52,255 nucleotides of DNA from Lobosporangium transversale. Its lineage: Eukaryota. The translations under genes were made by a program, and so were the position numbers. The DNA lies in the NCBI RefSeq assembly GCF_002105155.1, contig NW_019028982.1, forward strand, positions 1,302,001-1,354,255. The letters are read 5' to 3'. This document shows, one piece after another, positions 1-10,642 of this stretch. Positions within the stretch are counted from its first letter, which is position 1. Each line of letters begins with the position of its first letter. Below the pieces are notes generated by a model. The model worked only from the letters and a program-made list of their open reading frames with translations, was not told where the DNA came from and did not search any database.

Positions 1-378
1 GAGCAACCTTTTTGCGACAAAAGAAAGTTCTGGTGGATTAGTGTAGTTGATCGACGCAAGGTGACGCGTGGAAGTTGCTGTCTGTCTTTATTGACATGTC
101 AACATGTCAAATGCAATGAATGCCTCATGGTTTTAAAGGCCCTTTGTCTTATTCAGCAAGTGAAACATTTTTTTTTTTATTTTTTTATTTTTTTATTTTT
201 TTAATTGTCCATTACTATGTTGTAGTTACACATCTTTCATTCTTACCTTCACTTCTTTCATTGAACTTGTCTTCTTTCCTTGAACTTGTCATTCACTCAA
301 TCATTTCACTTTTTTCTCTTCCTCAGCACAGAAACACACATTTAAATATATATTTTCTCACAAGCTTGGCTTTGTGAT

Positions 379-1548
379 ATGCCCTTTCGAATCTCGCTTC
401 CATCCCGCAACAGCGAACGCTCTGCACCACAGCAGCGTGTGAACAACCCTTCCACAGAAGGCTCCAGAGGATGGGCAAGGCTCTATCCATACCTCCGTGC
501 ACTTCGTCTCATCATTGGTGTCCTTGCCTTGACCAACTTCTTACTCCTCGCCATTGCCCTTCGCTTTACAGACAATAATAACGACAGCGAAGACATATCT
601 TCGACGGATTTCCAACAAATTGTCATCAACGGCGGACTCTTTATCGCTTGTCTCTATTCTTCTTTTGGAAAAGCATCCTTGTCATCCAACTACAGGTTGG
701 TAATGATTTTCATTGTCATTGCCATGTCCCTTATCTACACTATATCACTACTGGTCAGGATTCAGAGACGAGGAGGTTGTGGCTCCAAGTATTATTCAGA
801 AGTCGTCACTCGTTGCATCACACAGTACATCATTTCAGGGATCGAGCTCTTGTGGACAGTGCTGTTGTTTTGTGATGGTATCATCTCCTATCATCAATCA
901 GGAGACTCGGATTGGCAACTCAGACAGCGCATGCAAGAAGAGGAGCGCACGTTGGCATCTGCGGTACGTTACCAGCCAGACTTGTCTCTCTATGGAAATG
1001 GCAACAACGACAGCAATAATAATAATAATAATAATAATGTGATCAATAACCGGGACATTGAAAATGCAGGTCCTAGCGCAGTGGAAATGGAACCATTGCC
1101 TGCATACAATCCCAGGCCCACAAAAGACCAACCTCGCATTATCGACATGTCCAACATGTCTGTTTTAGAGGAAGCACCAGATTATTATGCTCCTGGAGCG
1201 ACGACAATCCCACCGCCTGTTGATTTGTTTGCTCCTGATCTTGGATTTGGATCCACATCTGCTTCTACTTCTACTTTTACTACTTCTCCTTCATCTGCTA
1301 TCGCAGGACCTTCAGCACAGCCCAGGTCAACGATATCAGGTTCAGCCGAGACAACGGCAACAATGCCAGTGTCCATAACTACAATCCCAATCCCAATGAC
1401 AACAACAGAACCAGAACTACACCCAGCGCCAGGGTCAGAGAGAGAGTCAGAAAGAGAGTCCGAGAGAGAGAGAGAAACAACAGTTACAACGTCAATATCC
1501 ACAGAACCTGTAGTATCATCTGTCAATCTTTCTTCACATGTGCCTTAA
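379..1548 (+). CDS. Hypothetical 4-TM (MARVEL-like) membrane protein with long low-complexity C-terminal tail
   Basis: Intronless 389-aa ORF. Four hydrophobic segments in the N-terminal half, then poly-N, PY-like motifs (LPAY, APDY) and a S/T-rich tail. Confidence 0.8.
   Translation: MPFRISLPSRNSERSAPQQRVNNPSTEGSRGWARLYPYLRALRLIIGVLALTNFLLLAIALRFTDNNNDSEDISSTDFQQIVINGGLFIACLYSSFGKASLSSNYRLVMIFIVIAMSLIYTISLLVRIQRRGGCGSKYYSEVVTRCITQYIISGIELLWTVLLFCDGIISYHQSGDSDWQLRQRMQEEERTLASAVRYQPDLSLYGNGNNDSNNNNNNNNVINNRDIENAGPSAVEMEPLPAYNPRPTKDQPRIIDMSNMSVLEEAPDYYAPGATTIPPPVDLFAPDLGFGSTSASTSTFTTSPSSAIAGPSAQPRSTISGSAETTATMPVSITTIPIPMTTTEPELHPAPGSERESERESERERETTVTTSISTEPVVSSVNLSSHVP
1016..1038 (+). repeat. 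(AAT)n microsatellite encoding poly-Asn
   Basis: aataataat... tandem array inside the CDS. Confidence 0.9.
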
Positions 1549-1648
1549 TTTATAAATGTATTATGTATTGTATATCCTTATTATTGTTTGTCTAGCCATT
1601 CAAACGTCCATGCCCATGTACATGTACATGTACATACACAAAGCATCG

Positions 1649-1679
<31 letters not shown>

Positions 1680-2636
1680 GAAAGAAATCCAGAGCTTGGC
1701 AAAAGAGAGGGCTATTGTTGACGCAGGCTTTGGGACATGATAATGCTCAGCCTTGATTGTCAGATAAAGAAAAAAAAAAAAAAAAAAAAAAACAAGGCTA
1801 AACAGTAAATTCGCAGTTGACGGGGCTTTCTCGTAACAGGGTTGGAAGGTTCTGGTGTGGCAATGTCTTCCTAGAATACAGGCATATACAAGGAAGATTA
1901 GCTTGCTAAAAACCCAAGGGGATTGATATAATTCATACCGACCTGACCTGATACTTGTAAAATGACTCTACGCTTCATTCACCGTTTTTCGCTCATCAAT
2001 CTTTACTACGGATATATTTTCTACCACTTTTCTAACATGCAAAGTTCAACCTTCATCCTCATTCTTAAATTTTGCTGGCCATACTCTTCTGAAAAGTGCC
2101 AAAAAAAAAAAAAAAAAAAAAAAAGGTGGCACTTGCCCATGTTCCGATATAGTTATTCATATCCATTGAAAAGTAGTAATAGTTCATCCAAGTGGATTGA
2201 GGAAGATAGACAATGCCGTGGTAATGACATAGATTTGGAATCCGCTAGAGTACGCTGCTCGGAAGAAAAAAAAAAAAAAAAAAAAAAACCAAGGGCAACC
2301 TGGATCTCTTCTTTTCCAATATCGTCCGCTTGGGTGCTACAGAAGGGAGATGGGGCATTGGGCGTCATTAGGGTGGTGTGGTGGATTGTCAATCCTCTGT
2401 TATCGTTTGGGCGAAGACGCCAGTTGCAACAAATAATCCAAGCCTGGCGTGGCTTTTTTTTGCCGCCGTTCAACCTTGTTGGCCACAAACCCAAATAAAG
2501 CATTTTTTTTTTTTTTTTTTTTTGTTGTTGTTGGTCGCGCGAACTGGAGTTGGGTCCACGTCTTCTTTCTCAATCCATTCAGCTCTCTTTCCCTTCGATT
2601 TCGTTCCTTGTCATTCCTCAATCCTTCAAACTAGAG

Positions 2637-2875
2637 ATGGACCAGGCAGTCTTCCAGGCATTGACAGACACTTTGTCTGCAGACACTAACACCCGACTGG
2701 CTGCTGAGTTACGACTCAAGGAGTTGCAGGTCAATCCAGGTACAACAATGACATCAAAAAAAAAAAAAAAAAAAAAAAAAGGTCATGGATGGAAAACACA
2801 ACGCACGCTCATGCCATTAAAATCAACATTATCCATTGCGACAACTGAGACGGCAACGAAACAAGGAATAGCAAC

Positions 2876-2911
<36 letters not shown>

Positions 2912-3127
2912 CTTGGAGTTCAGTTCACTGACTTTCCAACTGATCAACTTGTTCAACGGCGATAATAGAGTTCCCCATTAGTCTTGTTCGTCTTGCGTTG
3001 GCACAGGAATGCAACATTTCGCAGCGCCATTCAGCTGCTGTGTTACTCAAGAGCTATGTTGATACACAGTGGTCTGAGAAGAGTGCCAAGTTTCATGGTC
3101 CTGAACCACCAGCTGAGGTACTCCCGC

Positions 3128-3158
<31 letters not shown>

Positions 3159-6100
3159 GATGTGTGGTGGCAACGGCTCTTGGAGATATTGATACAAACT
3201 ACCTGATTTGATAAACAATAGACCAAGGCCTCGGTTCGTGACCTAGTCCTCAATGGTCTCTCTGATCCTACCAACCGTATCCGAGCTTCTTGTGTGAGTT
3301 TTTGTTTTTATTTTAAAGTGATAATTATATAACTCGCATTGGGAAATGAAACTAACATCTTTCTTCCTTAAATCTGCAATACAAATGTTGAATGAAAATA
3401 TGTTATGTTCTTTAAGGCTTACGTAGTTTCCAAGATTGCACACCATGACTGGCCAGAGCAGTGGACCAATCTCCTGGATGTTCTAGTCCATCATCTCAAG
3501 AATGGCTCTGCGAATGAGGTGCACGGATCTATGAGGGTCTTGACTGGTAGGCACATAATGCAACATGTTGTGAATTTTAATCTTGACGGTGTATATGGCA
3601 CTCCTAAGAAAAGAGTAAGAAAAAAAAAATCGCTTGGCCCCCTAACGATTTTCTTTATTATAATTCTTTTTAAAACAGAATTTGTAAACAAGGATGTTAC
3701 GCATGTTCAGCTGCCCTTGGTTGCGCCTGTTCTGTTCCCAGAACTTTTGCGTATTTTGGTTTCAGACCAGCTATACTCACATGCGACACGATCTCGTTGC
3801 GCTTCAATTTTCCGTAATGCAGTTGAGATGTTGTACACGATCAAAGAGGAGCACCCTGAAGCTGTCAAGGTTTATCTTACTCCATTCATTGGGCAGTGGA
3901 ACGAGGCTTTCATTGCCATCTTGAATACGCGCACAGCCGATGTTCCTGAAATTGAGGTTGGCGAATGGGGGTTAAAGACCGAGATTCTGAAGGTAATATT
4001 TCCATTATAAACTTAGAAATCAAAAGTACTGTATCGATTGATGAAAAGAAAAGGCGGAAGATCCTAATTTTTTTTTTTTTAAAAAAAAAAAAAAGTGCAT
4101 CAACTTGTCTATTCAAGGATTCCCCAAGTTAATGGCACCTTATTTGCTCCAGGTTCTCTCGGCTGTTTGGCAGGATGTACTCCATTTGAGGTCAAGATAT
4201 ATATCTGAATACGTCAACACTGGGGAAGGTGTTGGAGAATCATTCCAGGACTCCGATGGAGAAACCATTGGATTTGAATCACTCTTGTTTGTTCAGTTCG
4301 AGTTTATTCAGATGGCTTGCAGACGTCGTAAGGTGACCCAGGTTGCATTCATTGGCGAGGATGGAAAATCAGGCATCTTGCCTGAACTGGTGTGGAACAC
4401 GCTGAATTATATGCAGATGACCGATGATCAGGTGGAATCTTGGACTTCGGATCCGAATCAATTTATTGCGGATGAAGAAGACGACAGCTATTCTTTTAAT
4501 GTGCGTATCGCTGCAGAAGATCTTCTCATGACTCTAATTGATAATTTTGAAGCCCAGACGTTGGATGCTTTGAACCTGAGCGTCAAGCAAGAAGCCAGCA
4601 GATCTGCCAATGAGAAAGCGGCCGGAAATATCAACTGGTGGAAAGCACAGGAGTCTAGTCTTTTGGCTGTAGGATTATTTGCGGGTGATTTGAGTGAGAC
4701 CATCAAATCGGGCGCCCAGGCCCCCATTGATATCGGTGGACTATTTGAGCATATTGTGCTTGGCAATCTCTCAGAGCATGACTTTCCCTTCTTGCAAGGG
4801 CGCTCATTTGTTTTTGCTTCTCAGTTTGCGTCAATTTTGCCCGCTAACTATGCATCTCAATATGTTTCGGCTGCTGTGGAGGCTATTATGAAATCTCCTT
4901 CAGCTGTCGTGAAGGTTTCGGCCCTGAGAGCACTCAACAACTTTAACCAGTACTTGGATAAGCAGTACATCATCCCATATCAGAGGTCTATTATTCAGGG
5001 TGTTGCTCCTATGATGGAGATTACCACTGAGGATACTTTTAGCTTGATCATCCGCACTTTGATATCTACATCCAAGGTATGTTGAATGGGGGATACCAAT
5101 AGTCTGTGCACTTTTTGTTACCTTTCTAATTCCGTCCACTGAGTTAATCGTATCACGTATTTTTATAGATCAATGAGCAAGCAGCGGCTGAGTTCGAGTC
5201 AACTTTGGGTCCTCTTGTCTTGGATTCTTGGGTTAAATACCCAGCTGATCATTTGATCTCTATGGATATCATGGATCTTTTTGAGACATTGGCGGCCAAC
5301 CAGTACATGCATCCCGCTCTTAATGCCAGAGCACTTCCGGTTCTGACCAACATGATTTCAACAGAGAACCCCGATAAAGCTAGAGTCTCCTCTACTGTAG
5401 ACCTGCTGAAGGCCCTTGTGAGCGGCGCTTCTACACCCTTGCCTCCCAAGTATGTTGCTCAGTTTTTCCACAATTTGATGAGCGTACTCTTGACGACTGA
5501 CGATAGGGACGTGTTGCAAAGCGGGCAGGAGTGTTTGACGATTGTCATCCAGAAGGATGTTCAGCAGATTGCCGGATGGCGCGATGAAGTCAGTGGCAAG
5601 ACAGGGCTCGATCTCATTATTCAATTTATAGCTAAGCTTCTAGATCCTTCTCAGACAGAATCTGCAGCTCTGTTTGTGGGTGATTTGATTTCGAAGCTGA
5701 TCAAGAAGGGCGGTGACCTTGTCTCTCCTATCCTTCCCGAGCTCTTGAATGCGGTGACACTTCGTCTTGCAGACGCAAAACTCCCTACTTTTATTCAGCC
5801 TCTAGTGATGGTGTTTGCACAGCTCTCTTTGAACCAGCATGACGTGGTGATCAACTTCTTAAGTGGTCTCAATATCAATGGTCGTAACGGCCTAGATATC
5901 GTCATGGCTTCATGGCTCGGTAACCATGCTGATTTTACAGGTCTTTACAACCAAAAGGTCAGTACAGTTGCATTGACTAAGATCTTTATGTCGGGCGATC
6001 CAAGGATAGCAACTGTTCAGGTCAATGGTGATTTGATCGTACCCACTTCGACACGTATCGTGACGCGTTCTCGCGCCAAGACTGCCCCTGATCAGTTCAC

Positions 6101-6577
6101 GGTTACAACAGTTCCTGTAAAGATCATTCGCCTCCTAGCAACGGATTTGATCAATAAGGTTGAAGAAGAAGAAGATCAGGCTGCCGAGTCAGATTATGAT
6201 GATGACGATGGCGATGATGACTGGGAAGACGAGGACAACGGACGTAAGGACAAGTTTTCATTCCTTTCCGACGTCTTGGACTCACATGGGATTGATATGG
6301 ATGGTGATGAGGAGGAGGATGAGGCTGATCCTGATGTTTTGGCTGACCCTGTTTATCAACTCAATATGAAGGTAAAAGCATCGAAAAAAAAAAAAAAAAA
6401 AAAAAAAAAAGTTGAAAGCTTTATTCCATCTAATTTATTTATTTATTTTTTTTGTAGAATTACTTAATTGACTTCTTCCGTCAGTGCGTTCAACAGAACT
6501 CACCCGCGTTCGTCCAGAGTGTTGGCGAATTAAACGACGTTGAGAAGCGCACATTGTCTTCACTATTGGAGAATTAA
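2637..6577 (+). CDS. IPO9: Importin-9 / Kap114 (importin-beta family, HEAT repeats), multi-exon
   Basis: ATG 2637 (MDQAVFQALTDTLS...RLAAE, IBN_N-like). Motifs IAHHDWPEQW, DPNQFIADEEDD..FNVR, PFLQGR and IVTRSRAK, plus an acidic C-terminal loop. GT-AG introns include 2740-2968, 3118-3221 and 3993-4095. Last exon NYLIDFFRQC...LLEN, TAA 6575-6577. Confidence 0.93.
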
Positions 6578-6810
6578 TCAAGTTACAAAGAGGAAGAAAA
6601 AAAAAAGGCACATCAAGCAAGATGATTCGAGAAATAAAGGGGTTATCGTCCAATACCCTTGATATATCAAATCATACATCAAATCATGTCACTCTTAGAC
6701 AGACCGAGTTGTATACGTTCGTTATCTTTATTTTTTAATAACAAAAAAGTTCTAACAGTTTTGCTTTTATTTTATATTGCAACCGACCATACTTGTACGT
6801 TGAACGGCAT

Positions 6811-7884
6811 TTACTAAAAATAAAAAAAATAAAAATAAAAATAAAAAAAAAGTACATGTTATTATTCATCCAGATGCTTAAGGAAATCATCGTCTAAAAC
6901 AATCCATTGAGTGAAGCAATACGGGATTTGGTTTACTTACAACTTTCGTTTCCGTAAGACCCTCCTTGAAGACGGTGAAATATGGAGTAATACCATCCTC
7001 GCGGTAGTTAAGCAACAAGACAGCGCCATCGGGGTTCATGGACTCGCCGATGTAGAACTAGAAAGAATGAAAATTGGAAGAACGTCAGCAAAAGAGATAC
7101 AAACACCCAAAGTGCACGAATCAAAACAATATGCTATTTTGCATACGTAAAAATTGAAATAGTAACAATAAAAGTACCTCGTAGTCCTTGAAGTTGCCAA
7201 GAATCTTCTTAACGTCAGCAGTGACAGCAGCCTCGAACTTCTTGCCCTCCTCCTCGGTGAAGCTGCGCTTGGCCTTGACGGCCTTCAAGTAACCCTTCAA
7301 GTATGTAGTGTAGGCCTTCTTGTCGAAGGATGTTTGCTGAAGACGACCAGAGTACACGACGTTGTTGACTTGCTCTTCACCATCCTCCAGTGGCTCGTCC
7401 TCACCACCTCCCTCAGCAGAAGCATTGGCACCGATATCGACATCAGCACCCTTCTTGATCTTGATCATAGCGCAGTCAATCTCGTAGACCGAGCCAACCT
7501 CTTTAATTGGGAAAGCATCAGAGAAAAGCTCGTCGCTAATATGATAAATGATGCGGACGTTAGAAAGTAGAAATAGAGAGAAGAAAGAAAAAAAAATTCA
7601 AAAGTTGGACTGAGATTCTTTTCAACTTACTCGCTGATGAGATCCTTGTAGATGATCCTGATTTTTTGTTGATTCAGTAAAGAGAATGGATAGACGTTTT
7701 AAAATAAGAGGTAAATAAAGAGAGCTTTGAGGGATGGATCTCACACGGGTTCTTGAATATTTTATAATGCAGGGTATTTTCTTCATCTGCTTTCTGTAGT
7801 TGTTTCTTTTGCAATAGGATATTGCGCTGAATATTACAACCCAGGTTTTATATTTTGCCTTGATTCCAGTCGAATCACTTACAT
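6811..7884 (-). CDS. TMA19: Translationally controlled tumor protein (TCTP/Tma19), 5 coding exons
   Basis: Exons 7884-7883 (AT), 7657-7631, 7535-7178, 7057-6941 and 6813-6811 (TAA) splice to [19 protein letters not shown]...[10 protein letters not shown]...FDKKAY..YLKGY...[11 protein letters not shown]...[19 protein letters not shown]. All introns are GT-AG. Confidence 0.95.
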
Positions 7885-8521
7885 GATGGTAATGCTAAGA
7901 TGATAATAGGATGATGGAAGAAGAGAAGAAACAGAACCCCACAGGAGACACCATTGAAAAAAACTTTTTACTCTCTGTGGGCGCTTTGTCCTTTGACCCA
8001 AACATCATAAAAAAATTAAGCCACCCAAATGATGCATAATTTACACCCCCCATTCACGTGCAGCATCCTTTGGCTCAATTGTCTGCAAAATATACACGAA
8101 ATACACGCTAGTATTCTTCGTATTCTTCATGATAAATTTTATTATCATATCTCCGATCGCTTCTCTGACGCGTTCAGAGAGGGAAGGCTTCATAAGGCAG
8201 TAATTGTCTCTCGGAAAACATGAGAAGCACTATTGCTGTTGAAGTCCTGTTAATGAAGATGGGCTTTGGTGAAGTATTAAAGTTGGTTCGCATGTGGAGT
8301 GTGTTTGTAAGATTTGTACCACTCAAAAAAGCCAAGAATAACAATAAAAAAAAAAAAAAGACATCGGCGTCCACTAAGAAGAGTAACTTGAAAAGGAACA
8401 TGTATCATCTGGGTTCTCTTATGCGCCACTACCTTAATATAAATATTACAGACACTCTTTTTTCTTTCTTCCTTTCTCATACAGATCCTTTAATATCTTG
8501 CCCCTTTCCCATTCGCATCCA

Positions 8522-9594
8522 ATGCTTGGTATCCTCTTTCACTTACTACGCCTCTGGTACCTAATCCTTTTTCTTGCCACCGTCTGTCTTATCACCGACA
8601 TCACCCTCTCCAGCACTCGAGATTTCAGGGACAATGCTGTCATTTCTTCTTTTCCAATACCCCTTCTAGCGGACGTGTGCACAGTCCTAATCTTTGCCTA
8701 TGGTCTTTGGGGGAAGCCTCAGCCGTTTCTCTTGCCAACATCGTCTCCAACATCCAATAAATGCACGCGTTTCACTCGGCATGTTGGTACGACTCTATTG
8801 ATCGGTTTATGGATCATGAACACAACCATCTATGCTTCTGCAAAGATTATGCTCAGGAAAGTCATGGCAGGTGTATCGACCTTGATTGCAATTCTTGTCT
8901 TTGTCGAGATGATTGGCAGTATACGTATCGGAAGGGAGCAGCGAAGGATCCTGAAACAAGAAAAAAGGTGTCTCGAAAGTGCAAAGATACAAGAGAACAA
9001 CAATAGCAATGATAGTAACACGACAGTAGACGGGAATGGCCAAGACCATTCTTCTGGAATCATATCTGCAAGAGGAGGAGAAAGCTGCGAACGACTGATT
9101 GAGAAAGATAGTGAGGGTGGCGTTATGGTGGAGATTATCAGGCCGGAGGAGGTAGATCCAGCCATGGTCATTTACGACCAACGAATTATGCATGAACTTT
9201 GTCAACAACAGCAGCAGTATCGCCAGCAATATCAGCATTATTTGGAATGGATGACGGTCTCGGCTCTAACTTCAATAGTAAATACGATGATTTATTGCAG
9301 CAGTCCTCCTTCAAACTTGAGATTCCAATGAATGAACCTTTTGAGAGATCAACATCGCCGTCATCATCGTCATCACCTCCATCACCGTCGCACTTAATGG
9401 CGTCTATAGTAACAATACCACCAGTAGCGGCATTGCTAGCACCAATGACAGGATCGTCAGCTAAAATGAAGCAGCTTTTCAGACCAACAGCGCCACCAGC
9501 GACAGCATCCTGTGAATTATTAATAACCCCAGATTACAATACTACAGGAGACTATCATACTCTAGAGAAGGCAGCGCTTTCAATAGAGCGGTAG
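8522..9594 (+). CDS. Hypothetical multi-TM membrane protein with low-complexity tail; apparent frameshift near 9240
   Basis: ATG 8522 with about four hydrophobic segments. After the poly-Q stretch the protein-like sequence continues in the overlapping frame (GMDDGLGSNF...TPDY...SIER, stop 9594). Confidence 0.6.
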
Positions 9595-10375
9595 AAACAA
9601 CAATAACAGGAAGTGTTGATTAAGAGCGATAACACATCAGGGCCTACAATGGATATTCTAGAAAAGACGAATTCATTCTCGGGCAAACGATAAGGAGCAA
9701 AGCTTATGAATGGGGGGTTCTTTTTCTCCATTGTTGATGTAGTTTCTCGCACCGAGCCATTTAGAGATTCAGGTGGAAGCAACAAAAATTAGGCGTGTCT
9801 ATCAATAGTGTGTGTAACTTGGTCACAAAATACGCGGCGACAGCCCATGCCTAATTGTAAATATAGTAAAAAATGTATACAAATGTCAACAAATATACCA
9901 CAATAAAAATAATAATTATCAACAAGTGGTCCGAACCGCTCCTTTTGTTCCTTACAATGTCCTTATCATTAAATGGCTTTATTTTCATGCAAAGCTTTCT
10001 GTAACAAGAGCCTCAAGTTTTTAGTGTTCATGATGTAATTAGCAGTCGTTCTCGATTAATAGTACTTCCTAGACTGAGAACAAGCGACGTGGGGAAAAAG
10101 GACCATACCCCCCAGCTCTGGTTTATATCCATGGTCTACAATCAGACACTCTTTTTATGATTTTGCTATTGTGTAGGGTTGTATGCAAGCTGTTGGAAAG
10201 CCATGATGTGCATACAACTATTAGGGTTGTCCAGGAACGGCTTGATACTCGTGATCTGTCGTGCACGGATCCCGGCATGAGTCGCGCCAGTATATGTGCC
10301 TGTATTTCCCAGCATTGACCTTTTCTGGATAGTCGGGCTGTGCCATGTCAAGGAAATAACGTTTTCAGTTTTTTT

Positions 10376-10395
10376 TTGTCTCGAGAATTTTCTAG
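10376..10395 (+). promoter_or_regulatory. Heat-shock-element-like site upstream of STI1
   Basis: cTCgaGAAttTTCta is an imperfect alternating nGAAn array about 250 bp upstream of the STI1 ATG. Confidence 0.5.
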
Positions 10396-10642
10396 TGGCT
10401 TAGTGACGCGTTAGTGGACTGACAACCCTGCCAGTCGAACATGATGGAAGCACAGCGAACAAGATACATACAGCCAGAGAAATAGGCAGAAGCAAGCTGG
10501 GGCGCCAGAGAAAAGACATTGTTGATATATTGACCTCCAACTTCTTCCTTTCCACACTTTCTTTTACCTTCGAGCACTACACTCAAACTCACTCTCACAC
10601 ACAACATATACTTTTCTCTCTCTCTTTAAACGCATTCACACC

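Noticed and set aside
1962..2689. ORFs of 100-178 aa with poly-K/poly-F
   Set aside because: Translations of A/T homopolymer tracts in promoter DNA.
7657..7659. Non-AUG (AGG) initiation or mutated start of TCTP
   Set aside because: Better explained by the AT|G split across a canonical intron.
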